NCBI GenBank assembly: GCA_965237525.1
Contig: CBDEFO010000007.1
Span: 544,001-608,000, forward strand
Reading direction: 5' to 3'
DNA length: 64,000 bases
DNA from: Candidatus Latescibacterota bacterium
Lineage (GTDB): Bacteria; Latescibacterota; CBDEFO01
Below are positions 9,329-18,574 of this stretch, in pieces. Position numbers and translations under genes: made by a program. A model generated the notes under the pieces. It had not been told where the DNA came from and did not search any database. It worked only from the letters and a program-made list of their open reading frames with translations. Numbering within the stretch: the stretch's first letter is position 1; every line of letters starts with the position of its first letter.

Positions 9329-10741
9329 CTACCTTTTTACCTCTTCAAATGCATCAAGAGCGTAATTTAAATCTTCTCTGGTATGTGCATCTGAAATCTG
9401 GACTCTTATTGTTTCATCCCCTTTAGGCACAACAGGAGCAACTAAACCAGTGACCAGAATTCCTCTCTTATAAAGTTCATTTACCATTCTCTTAACTTCG
9501 GCCGTGTCTCTTACTAGGACAGGAATAATTGGATGAATCCCTGGAACGGTACCAAATCCTATGTTTTGTATTCCTTCTCTAAAATTCTGGGTGTTTTCTC
9601 TTAATCGCGCAAGCATGCTCTTGCCTTCTTGACTATTTACGATATTTACAGCGGCAATTCCTGCATTAGCTTGACCGGGTGAAATGGGGTTTGTGAAGAT
9701 GTAAGTGTCCGCTTTTTGTCTGACAAGTTCGATTATTTCTTCACAGGCAGCAACATAGCCGCCTTCTGCTCCAAATGCTTTCCCTAATGTGCTTGTAATA
9801 ATATCAACACCATTTTCTTGAGTAACTTCTGGAGTACCTCTTCCAGTTTCTCCATAAGCTGCAGTACCATGAGAATCATCCATAATCGTTATCACACCAT
9901 CTTTGAATCTCTCATTATATTCTTTTGCTGAAGCCACTATCTCTGCCAAAGGTGCGTAATTGCCCCTCATACTAAAGACTCCGTCAAAGATTATGATTAC
10001 TCTTTCTATTTCGGGAGGCATAGTCTCTAATCTTTCTTCTAATCCTCTTATATTGCCATGTTGATAGATTCCGTGTTGCTCTGATGGAACTCCAGCGATA
10101 TCCAATGCGATATTTACTAAATCTGGTAAGGCACTTTCATCTTTTCCCATATGGAAGACTTGGTTAATCATTATCATTGCCCTGCTAAGCAGATCGGGGC
10201 CAGTTTCTAAAGCCTCTCTTAATTGCCCCACATCGTTGTGTTGGTAGATACCCTTATTCTCAGAGGGTACACCGGCAATCCTTATTGCTCTGGCAATGCT
10301 ATTATGATTAAGCTGATCACTGATCACATATGTCTGTCTATTCATTAAAGCTATTGCAACTCCTAAATTTGCCATATATGCGCAACTAAAGATCTTCGCA
10401 GCTTCTGTTCCATGAAAATCTGCTAAGTCTAATTCTAAATCTCTATGATAAACTGTTGTACCGTCAATAAATCTTACCCCTCCAGGATTAACACCCAATC
10501 TTTCTGATGCCGCTCTTTCTGCTTCAATTAATCTCCGATCTTGGGCTAATCCAAGATAATTATTTGAGTTCAACCTTAGAAATCTCTTATCCTCCTCATC
10601 TTCCAACAAAAATCTTGGACCCAAACCGTCACCTGGTGAGGCATATCCTACAATAACACGTTCGGGAGGTTTTAATCTTCCCTCTTTTCTTAATTCTTGA
10701 AGTTCTATTTGAAACGTTTCTTTTAGTTTATCTACCGGCAT
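9329..10741 (-). CDS. kbl: PLP-dependent alpha-oxoamine synthase (2-amino-3-ketobutyrate CoA ligase/BioF family) with an internal 60-aa duplication
   Basis: NSNNYLGL, SDQLNHNSI, DGVFSM, DDSHG, TLGKAFG; kbl versus bioF assignment is tentative. Confidence 0.8.
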   Translation of the reverse strand: MPVDKLKETFQIELQELRKEGRLKPPERVIVGYASPGDGLGPRFLLEDEEDKRFLRLNSNNYLGLAQDRRLIEAERAASERLGVNPGGVRFIDGTTVYHRDLELDLADFHGTEAAKIFSCAYMANLGVAIALMNRQTYVISDQLNHNSIARAIRIAGVPSENKGIYQHNDVGQLREALETGPDLLSRAMIMINQVFHMGKDESALPDLVNIALDIAGVPSEQHGIYQHGNIRGLEERLETMPPEIERVIIIFDGVFSMRGNYAPLAEIVASAKEYNERFKDGVITIMDDSHGTAAYGETGRGTPEVTQENGVDIITSTLGKAFGAEGGYVAACEEIIELVRQKADTYIFTNPISPGQANAGIAAVNIVNSQEGKSMLARLRENTQNFREGIQNIGFGTVPGIHPIIPVLVRDTAEVKRMVNELYKRGILVTGLVAPVVPKGDETIRVQISDAHTREDLNYALDAFEEVKR

Positions 10742-10975
10742 TTTTATCTCGCCTCGTCAATCGTTATAGCTCTACTTTCTTCTCGACTATGACCAACATC
10801 CACGTGGATGCCAGATGAAAAATAGTAATCACTGTTGCGGCTATTGTATGAGATGATCCGACAGGACTCACCGATCATCTGCTCGATATAGGAATGCCTC
10901 CCGGTGAAGTCAGTCAGCTACTCGATGAGGCAGCCATAGCGATGCAGACCACTCTCAAGAACTAAGAAGTTCGGC

Positions 10976-11971
10976 TCATCCGCTTCGACTTGATCTCATC
11001 CCCTCGATGAAACGCACGGCGTTCCGTGAGAAGTGATCCTCGATCTCCTCTTGAGTCAACCCTAATATGTCCGCCACCTGCCGTTCCTGGCGCAACTGCT
11101 CGTAAATCACAAACGTCGGTGTGGGATCGCAGTGAGAAACTTCCGGAGAACCTCCATAGTAGTCCCAGGCTCGGCCGTAGGTTATGTACTTGCCGCGAGC
11201 ACACCCGGCCAGGATGTTGTCCGAGCCGAACATCACTCGTTTTCTATCCTCATGTTTCATCAGCAGATAGTGCGAGTACATGTCGTTCACCGCTGAAGTG
11301 TCGTACCGGATATTCGGCATGTCCTTGAGTACGTGGATCGACTCCTCCATAATGAAGGCGTTGAAGGCCCGGGCACAGTGTGCTAGGATCCACTGGGCCT
11401 TCGGGTACTCTTTGGTATAGTACTGCAGATCCTTCAAGTTTTCGGGATCAGCAGCCCCGGTTTTCTTGGAAAGATGCATGGTGATCGCCAGCCCCATTTC
11501 GTGTGCTACCTCGATTAAGGACTCGGGGAGGAAGTCCTGAATCCGACAATTGATCGGATCGGGGGCGAAGATACGATAGGGCTTTAATCCAAGGAAGTTG
11601 TGCTTTTTTACTTGAGCCGCGACGTAGTCAGGACTCATATCCGGCGTGACCAACATGTTTACTGCCGACTGAGGATCTGGCTCCATCTGGGCAGCCATCC
11701 AGGCGTTGTGACCCTCTTTATCTATGCCCTGTATCGGATACCCCAGGATCAGGTAGTGTATTTCGCGACCGGGGTATAGTTCTGCCGCCCACGCCAGGTG
11801 GTCCTGGTAATCTACCTCCCAGCGTTGACCTGTGGGAGGGTCTTCCGATGCGCCTTTATGTGCCTCGGACCAGATGTGGGTGTGCATGTCGTAGATTACA
11901 GACGGTACATAGTTCTCCAATTCCTTTTCCCAGATATCGCGGTCCAAGTTCCGGTAATCGATAGTTTCCAT
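10976..11971 (-). CDS. Amidohydrolase family protein
   Basis: DMHTH, GLKPY, ILAHC, YDTSA, MFGSD. Confidence 0.85.
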   Translation of the reverse strand: METIDYRNLDRDIWEKELENYVPSVIYDMHTHIWSEAHKGASEDPPTGQRWEVDYQDHLAWAAELYPGREIHYLILGYPIQGIDKEGHNAWMAAQMEPDPQSAVNMLVTPDMSPDYVAAQVKKHNFLGLKPYRIFAPDPINCRIQDFLPESLIEVAHEMGLAITMHLSKKTGAADPENLKDLQYYTKEYPKAQWILAHCARAFNAFIMEESIHVLKDMPNIRYDTSAVNDMYSHYLLMKHEDRKRVMFGSDNILAGCARGKYITYGRAWDYYGGSPEVSHCDPTPTFVIYEQLRQERQVADILGLTQEEIEDHFSRNAVRFIEGMRSSRSG

Positions 11972-12337
11972 GAGTTTCTCCCCTCATCTATGCAGCATCA
12001 GCCCTGTTCAACTGCGGCGGTCACTATGAGGTGCTCTATCCAGTCCTCGTTGTCTTAATACTTGGCCTTCGGTGGTGGATGCGTCGAACGATCCAGATTG
12101 TTCAGGTTTACGCCTCCTATACACCCCTACTCTGTGCTAAGGAGTCATTCTTCCATATCTGAATGGCTTAAATATGGTGTAGAAGATGCCACGCAGTGGA
12201 TCGAAGGACTTTTTTCAGTTCTGGGAAAAACCAAATTTACAGCAACGGAAGCTGTCGTGCTTAAATTTGGCAACCCTAATCTTAACACAGTTTCTCCTTC
12301 GGATCAACAAAAATTTTGACTTTTCTGTCTTTTTGGC

Positions 12338-12600
12338 GGTCAAGTCCTTTTTTCCTGTAGAATCGCCTATCCGACGGTGGGCATTCCATCTGCCACGGTC
12401 AGTCATCACCACCTATGGAGGTTCTGCGTCCTGCACAAAGGCTCATATCCAGGTATCATCTACTGTTGGTTCACTCCCTGGGAAACTCGATTGGCATGGC
12501 TCCTGCCGGACGAGCTCAGTACTTTTCGCTGGGAAAGATGCCGGTCACATTGGTGCGGCGAGCCATCTCATGATGGAATCTTCCCAGTCCACGACAGAAT
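12338..12600 (-). mobile_element. IS256-family 3' relic
   Basis: Degenerate RFHHEMARRTNVTGIFPSE...YLDM resembles the IS256 transposase C-terminus; followed by a TTCTACAGGAAAAAAGGACTTGAC right-end-like sequence. Confidence 0.5.
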
Positions 12601-12876
12601 CTATCGGAGGAATGACCCCTGCGAGGTGAATACCAACGCCTTATCATTGCGTTGATAGCGAGCAAACTACTGTGTGTGGAATTTTCTCTGTCGATCCTGG
12701 GGCACACTCAAATCTAAGCGTCCCGTACGAGTCTTTAGGGTGCGCGGTCTGTAGCAGTTGCGATAGATTGTCCCTTATAATACTTCTAGGAGAATTGCAC
12801 AATACTCTTGACAATCTGTGAAGTGTTTATGTATATTAAGAGACTAAGTAAGTTCTCTAATTTCACGTTAGCTCAA

Positions 12877-13410
12877 ATGGTTGTCACATACTTGCACGAC
12901 TCACAGTGTACGAGAGGTCAACATGACAAACAAATAGGTAGACTGGTTATCTTCACATTGTTAGTATCTATTTATAGCTGCAGTGGCCCACAAGGACCTT
13001 CAGGACCAAGTGGCCCACGAGGACCTTCAGGCTCAGCAGACGATCTAATATTTATTGAACGTACGTTTAGCCGTCTCAGCTATGATGATGAGGGTGCTAT
13101 TAGCATTGAGGATGAGCGAATAATGCCTGAGAGCTTTGTCAATATCTATCTGAAGATCACTTTAGGAGACGGGCGTGAAGCCTATTCCCCACTCGATTCA
13201 ATCCTTATCGGGGTAGTAGGTATGCCTTCAGAACTTTGGGTAACTGGAGAGCCTACACCCTTCCTTATGGTTTTTGGTGGTGGCATTGTGATCGTGGATC
13301 CAAACGAAGTTCTATTGAATGTCGGGATTGTTTTTTCAGCTGCTTTTTCAGCCGTTTCGGGTGATACTTCGGTCATGTCTCTTGTAGTAAGTATCTTAAA
13401 AACAGGATAA
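12877..13410 (+). CDS. Putative lipoprotein with short collagen-like Gly-X-Y repeats (start uncertain, possibly frameshifted)
   Basis: Hydrophobic stretch + IYSC, then GPQGPSGPSGPRGPSG; the RBS-supported ATG 12923 is out of frame. Confidence 0.55.
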   Translation: MVVTYLHDSQCTRGQHDKQIGRLVIFTLLVSIYSCSGPQGPSGPSGPRGPSGSADDLIFIERTFSRLSYDDEGAISIEDERIMPESFVNIYLKITLGDGREAYSPLDSILIGVVGMPSELWVTGEPTPFLMVFGGGIVIVDPNEVLLNVGIVFSAAFSAVSGDTSVMSLVVSILKTG

Positions 13411-13512
13411 CCATAGTCGCACCACATGCCGACATGATTGTACTAAATGATTTCAAATTCCTCACATTGTATGGGAATCTAGACGATAAATTGAAAGAAA
13501 GGGTGAATTAGC

Positions 13513-13680
13513 TTGGACAACCTCTACACAATCCAGGAAACTGCGGTAAAACTCAGTACCCATGTGAGCACTGTCAGAAGATGGGTCAAGGAAGGAACAC
13601 TCGGGGCTGTTATCCTTCAGAAAGGGTAAAGGTAGAAATACAATAAGAATACCGGAAGCCGCCCTAAACTGTAAAATGTC
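13513..13680 (+). pseudogene. Excisionase-type helix-turn-helix protein, frameshifted
   Basis: LYTIQETAVKLSTHVSTVRRWVKEGTLGAV; shifted frame continues RNTIRIPEAAL. Confidence 0.65.
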
Positions 13681-13773
13681 GTGGAAAAGTAACCCAGTGA
13701 AGAATAAGGGAATTATATACTTGCCACACACGATTGATTGTTGTATATTATGAGTAGAAAAGGAGGTGTTCAA

Positions 13774-14694
13774 ATGCAACCCAGCACTTTTGAGTTCTTC
13801 GACCGGTTCCCCGATGAAGATTCGGCACGAGAGTATTTGATTAACGCGCGCTGGCCGGATGGCATCATGTGCGTTCATTGCGGACACGATGAGGTTTGGC
13901 GCATCAGGGACGGGAAGCTGTTCACGTGCAAGGGATGCCGGAAGCAGTTTACGGTCCGTCTGGGAACAGTCCTGGAGGATTCGGCTATTTCGATTCGCAA
14001 GTGGCTGTATGCCATGTATCTGTTCGCAACTCACTCGAAGGGCATAGCGTCAACAAAGATGGCTGAGATGCTAGGTATCACCCAAAAGTCAGCTTGGCAT
14101 ATGGGTCACCGCTTGCGCAGGGCTTTCGAGAATGCGGACATCATCCTTTCCGGTATCGTTGAGGTCGATGAAACTTACATTGGAGGAAAGGAACGGAATA
14201 AGCACGAGAAGAAAAAGGTTCACGGAGGCCGTGGTTCAGTAGGAAAAACGGCCGTGCTTGGGATGCGTGAGCGTGGCGGGCAAGCTATTGCCTTTCCCGT
14301 GGGCAACACCACCCAGAGAGCTTTGAGCGGCAATGTCAATGCCAAGATCGCTGCCGGAAGTAAGGTTTACACGGATGAGCATTTGGGATACGGTGGGGTT
14401 GCGCATCGGCATCAGACAGTAACCCATAGTGCGGGCCAATACGTACGCGGGAAGGTCCACACAAACAGCATCGAATCTATGTGGGCACTTCTGAAGCGAG
14501 CGCATTACGGTATCTATCATCAGTGGATGAGCAAACATGGCCACCGCTACGTGACGGAGATTATCGGCCGTCAGAACATGCGGAAAATCCCCGCCTTTGA
14601 CAACAGTAACGGGTCGGGTATTACGCTGATTCGATTCATGATGGCCGCATTGGACGGGAAACGGTTGACCTACGGGAGGTTGATCCATGCGTAG
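13774..14694 (+). CDS. IS1595 family transposase
   Basis: CVHCG..CKGCRKQF zinc ribbon, VEVDETYIGG, VYTDE, HTNSIES; AGGAGG RBS. Confidence 0.92.
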   Translation: MQPSTFEFFDRFPDEDSAREYLINARWPDGIMCVHCGHDEVWRIRDGKLFTCKGCRKQFTVRLGTVLEDSAISIRKWLYAMYLFATHSKGIASTKMAEMLGITQKSAWHMGHRLRRAFENADIILSGIVEVDETYIGGKERNKHEKKKVHGGRGSVGKTAVLGMRERGGQAIAFPVGNTTQRALSGNVNAKIAAGSKVYTDEHLGYGGVAHRHQTVTHSAGQYVRGKVHTNSIESMWALLKRAHYGIYHQWMSKHGHRYVTEIIGRQNMRKIPAFDNSNGSGITLIRFMMAALDGKRLTYGRLIHA

Positions 14695-15688
14695 TATCTT
14701 CGGAAGGTTGCTACGCAGTATCCCGAAAGACCTTCAGGCTGCTGATATGTCCACGTTCGCGGATTTGTTCTGTGGCATCGGGGGGTTTCATTATGCGGCG
14801 GAAGCCCTGGGGATGCGCTGCGTGTTTGCAAGTGACATAGATGAGGATTGTCAAAGGCAGTATGAACACAACTTCGCAAGACGTCCAAAGGGCGATATAA
14901 AGGGGGTCCGTGAGTCCGCCGTGCCCGACCACGATATTCTCTTTAGCGGGTTCCCCTGCCAGCCCTTTTCGATTATCGGTTCCAGACAGGGCATGTCTGA
15001 TGAGCGCGGCTCTTTGATTTTTGATATTGTCAGAGTGTTACGCGCAAAGCAGCCCCGTGCGTTTATGCTGGAGAACGTTGCCCAGTTGACAACAATCCAA
15101 GACGGAAAGGTCATGGCCAATATTCGGGAGATGCTGGAGGGTGTTGGCTACGAATGCGCCTATCGCGTGCTCAATGCGCTGGATTTTGGCTTGCCGCAGA
15201 AACGGGAGCGCGTCATAATCGTGGGCTTCCGGGATGACTCGATGAAGGGGTTCCAATGGCCGTCTAAAAAGAACGCGCATACACCCTTGTCAGAGATACT
15301 CGAAACGGACCCTGACAAGCGATTCTACGTCAGCAAACGCATACGTAACAAGCGCAGAGCAAAGCATACCGCAATGATCAAGCCAGCCATTTGGCACGAG
15401 AAGAAGGGCGGGGCTGTCAATAGCCATCCCTTTTCCTGCGCCTTGCGCGCGGGGGCATCCCACAACTACCTGCTCGTGGATGGGGAGAGACGCTTGACGC
15501 CCCGTGAGCAGCTTAGACTTCAGGGCTTCCCCGAACGCTTTGAAGTCATAGGGAACGATAGTCAAATCAGGAAACAAACAGGCAACGCTGTTCCGGTTCC
15601 CCTTGTTCGTTCCGTTCTCAAGCAGATACTTCATGCCGCGAGTCAGAATCTGAAGCAGGTTCGAGAAGCACGAACCCTTTCCGCTTAA
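14687..15688 (+). CDS. DNA (cytosine-5)-methyltransferase
   Basis: DLFCGIGG, GFPCQPFS, ENV, QKRERV, RLTPREQLRLQGFP, GNAVPV; alternative start at 14747. Confidence 0.93.
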   Translation: MRSIFGRLLRSIPKDLQAADMSTFADLFCGIGGFHYAAEALGMRCVFASDIDEDCQRQYEHNFARRPKGDIKGVRESAVPDHDILFSGFPCQPFSIIGSRQGMSDERGSLIFDIVRVLRAKQPRAFMLENVAQLTTIQDGKVMANIREMLEGVGYECAYRVLNALDFGLPQKRERVIIVGFRDDSMKGFQWPSKKNAHTPLSEILETDPDKRFYVSKRIRNKRRAKHTAMIKPAIWHEKKGGAVNSHPFSCALRAGASHNYLLVDGERRLTPREQLRLQGFPERFEVIGNDSQIRKQTGNAVPVPLVRSVLKQILHAASQNLKQVREARTLSA

Positions 15689-16245
15689 CCGGTTTCCGTC
15701 CTCTGTCATAGAGGGCTTGTGCCAGCGGTTGGTGCACTTAAAAGCCGTGGGCCATGCCGATATGACCGGCGAACAGTTTTCGCGGATTTTCGCCGACGCC
15801 ATAAGCGGAGAGGAATACGGCAAGCCTCTAGGCGTTGCCGATGTTGCTTGGAATGGCTGCTGCTGGTCTGTGAAGACAGTCAACAATACCAAGCCCCATG
15901 AGTCGAGTTTGCCCCTTGGGCTCATCAGTGGACGAAACAGCGTGGACTACTCGGCTGGGATCTCCGACCCACGATCGGACTTACAGGAGACAGGCCAGGC
16001 CGTGCTGGACATCTATAACCAGCGTATCGACGAAGCCCGGGACGAACATGACGACGTTCGGCTTGTGGTCCTGGTCCGCAATATGTAGACGCAGGAATTC
16101 ACTTTGTTCGAGTGCCCACCAGTGCGGGTGGTGACTGACAACTATTGGTGGAGTCTGAAACAGCGTAATAATGTGATAGGAACGGACGGCGGGCGGGTAT
16201 AGTTTAGGTGGCAGCCCGACGGGAGCCAGTTCACGATACACGAAT
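15633..16245 (+). pseudogene. Probable type II restriction endonuclease with three in-frame stops
   Basis: Overlaps the MTase 3' end; ADV...WSVKT resembles a PD-(D/E/S)xK core; stops at 15651 (TGA), 16086 (TAG), 16200 (TAG) in one frame. Confidence 0.6.
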
Positions 16246-16340
16246 TTTGGAGTAGTATGTGTCAAGTATATAGCTCCCTTAATTTTTTAATATAGTCCAC
16301 AGGCTAGATACATAAATATTTATCCAATGGAGGTAAAGAA

Positions 16341-16655
16341 ATGCAAAGTTATCCTGAAGGAAAAACAAAGATTCAGTATATAGGAGATGTAGAAACTAGG
16401 TGGAGATTAAAGGGGTTAGCAGCTGAGATGAAAATGGGATATGGTGAGTTAATAGATCTGATACTAAAGCAAGTTATAGATCAGTATAAGAAACATGGTA
16501 TTTCTTCAACTATATGTATTAATCTTGTATATGTATTAATCTTGATAGTAGAAATGTTAGTCGTGGCTTGTAAGCAAGGTTGTGCTCAATTCTCAAAGGA
16601 GGTATTCTATGGCTCGCGAGGAAGTTCACCACTATCACCACTATCACCACTATGA
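16341..16655 (+). CDS. Small hypothetical protein, possibly DNA-binding
   Basis: GGAGG RBS; N-terminal ~53 aa are ribbon-helix-helix-like, C-terminal part doubtful. Confidence 0.35.
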   Translation: MQSYPEGKTKIQYIGDVETRWRLKGLAAEMKMGYGELIDLILKQVIDQYKKHGISSTICINLVYVLILIVEMLVVACKQGCAQFSKEVFYGSRGSSPLSPLSPL

Positions 16656-16686
16656 CCAGATAGACCATACCAAGCATATGGGCTAA
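16609..16686 (+). CDS. Candidate 25-aa His-rich peptide
   Basis: AAGGAGG then ATG; MAREEVHHYHHYHHYDQIDHTKHMG*; (CACCACTAT)x3. Confidence 0.4.
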   Translation: MAREEVHHYHHYHHYDQIDHTKHMG

Positions 16687-16691
16687 AGAAT

Positions 16692-17117
16692 ATGTCGCAC
16701 AAAATTAATCGAAACTTTAGCGTCATTTGTTTGATCGTTCTCCTGTTTGCAGGACTTATGCCAAGGGACATGGAATGTCCCGCCTCTGCGGGGAAACACC
16801 CCGGTTGCTGTGATATAAAGGACATAGAGAACGGGTGTGATATGGAGAATGAGGAGCAGACCGGCAATATGAAACGTGGGAAGTTGTGTTTCAATGTAAA
16901 AATGAACTGTCTCAAGTCAGATATCGCTTTGGTTCGTAACAAGATAAACTATTCTCACCCGCAGGATAGGAGATATCCAGTTTCCTTGCAGATATACGGG
17001 CTCAACAGTTTTGATCCGAATAGAGCGTCTCAAAGTGGTGTATTCGCAGCCTTCAACACAGATGTTTCCTCTCACCATAGATCCGTTTTTCTCCTCAATT
17101 CGTCTTTTCTGATTTAA
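16692..17117 (+). CDS. Cys-rich protein with signal-like N-terminus upstream of the metal efflux operon
   Basis: Hydrophobic N-terminus, ECP..HPGCC..GCDM, C-terminal HHRSVFLLNSSFLI. Confidence 0.6.
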   Translation: MSHKINRNFSVICLIVLLFAGLMPRDMECPASAGKHPGCCDIKDIENGCDMENEEQTGNMKRGKLCFNVKMNCLKSDIALVRNKINYSHPQDRRYPVSLQIYGLNSFDPNRASQSGVFAAFNTDVSSHHRSVFLLNSSFLI

Positions 17118-17276
17118 GAAGTTTTCCTCCTCCGATTGGCCTTTTTTTGGGCTATCTCTATAGATTCAGATTCCCCTTGTTCACAAAGATTCCAGATAAA
17201 CGCAATAGATGCGTGTAGTTAAACATGAATCGGTACAGTTTGAGACAGAATCTAAAGCTGCTCTGACTGTGGAACG

Positions 17277-18551
17277 ATGAAGGGATGGTGTTGCATAGTG
17301 ATCGTTAGACGTTTGTTGTTTTCGATTCTGATAGTTTATTTAAGCTGGACATACACGGCGTCGGCTGATGATGGCGTATTTGCTCTGGATGAGGCTATAC
17401 ATAAAGCACTTTTAAGTAATCCGGAGTTGAAGGTATCGAAAGAAAGGTGGGATGTCTTTAAGGCTCGCCCGTCGCGCGCAGGGGCGTTCGATGATCCGAA
17501 GTTTAGCTTTAATTTTATGAATTTGCCCTCGGGGTCACTGGATTACGACAGATTCAATATGACCCAAAAACAGATTCTGTTTACGCAGAAACTGCCCTTC
17601 TTCGGTAAACGCTCCTTACGGAGAGAGGTGGCACAGAAAGAGGCCGAGGCGGTAGGGCAGGAGTATTCCGACAATGAGAATGTACTCGTAAGGAAGGTGA
17701 AAGAGACCTACTACGACCTCTACTTTATCAATAAGGCTATAGAGATTACAGAGCAGAACAAGGAACTTACCAAAGAATTTGTGGTGATAGCCGAGACAAA
17801 ATACGCTGTGGGGAAGGGCATTCAGCAGGATGTCTTAAAGGCTCAAGTAGAACTGTCCAAGATGATCAACGATCTTATTGTGCTCCAGCAAAAAAAGGAG
17901 ACAAAAGTAGCGAGGCTGAACGCCCTTTTATATAGGCCTCAGGATTCTCCTGTAGGGGAACTTGAAGAAGTGACAAAGGCAGATTTGGACCTGGACTTTG
18001 AGGAACTCCGGGATATAGCCAGAGAAAAGAGTCCGTTGCTCAAGGGGTTAGATATTCTGATTGAAAGGAGCAGATCTGCCTATTTTCTTGCACGGAAGGA
18101 TTACTACCCGGACCTGAACGTGGCCTTTGCATACGGTCAAAGGGAAAGTAGAGAGGATTTTATGACGGCTCTATTTACCATAAATATCCCCCTCTGGTAT
18201 AAAAGCAAGCAGAATTACAGGGTCAGGGAAGCCGAGGCACAGATTAGGCTCGATAAGGAGCGGTACAATACAATGGTAAACGAAATTTCCTTCCTTCTGA
18301 AGGACACCCTTGCGGAATTACAAAGGGACGAAAACCTGATCCAACTGTACAAAACCGGGATAATACCACAAGCTCAGGGTTCATTGGAATCTGCTATCTC
18401 CGGCTATCAGGTGGACAAAATTGACTTTCTGACGCTTTTGGACAATCAGATAACCCTTTTAAAGTTTCAGATAGACTACTACAGGTTCACCACAGACTAT
18501 CAAAAAAAGTTAGCCGAGTTAGAGGAAGTTATAGGGCAGAGACTATTTTAA
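17277..18551 (+). CDS. TolC/CusC-like outer membrane efflux protein
   Basis: Signal peptide, ALLSNPEL, QKLPFFGKR, DYYPD, NIPLW; first gene of the RND operon. Confidence 0.88.
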   Translation: MKGWCCIVIVRRLLFSILIVYLSWTYTASADDGVFALDEAIHKALLSNPELKVSKERWDVFKARPSRAGAFDDPKFSFNFMNLPSGSLDYDRFNMTQKQILFTQKLPFFGKRSLRREVAQKEAEAVGQEYSDNENVLVRKVKETYYDLYFINKAIEITEQNKELTKEFVVIAETKYAVGKGIQQDVLKAQVELSKMINDLIVLQQKKETKVARLNALLYRPQDSPVGELEEVTKADLDLDFEELRDIAREKSPLLKGLDILIERSRSAYFLARKDYYPDLNVAFAYGQRESREDFMTALFTINIPLWYKSKQNYRVREAEAQIRLDKERYNTMVNEISFLLKDTLAELQRDENLIQLYKTGIIPQAQGSLESAISGYQVDKIDFLTLLDNQITLLKFQIDYYRFTTDYQKKLAELEEVIGQRLF

Positions 18552-18574
18552 ATTTCCATAAGGAGATTGAAATC

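Larger units (their letters stand above)
13708..16278 (+). mobile_element. IS1595-family element with passenger restriction-modification genes
   Basis: TIRs GGGAATTATATACTTGCCACA / TGTGTCAAGTATATAGCTCCC enclose transposase, MTase and REase. Confidence 0.8.

Noticed and set aside
13700..16286. Target-site duplication around the IS1595 element
   Set aside because: The flanks AAGAATAA and TTAATTTT do not match
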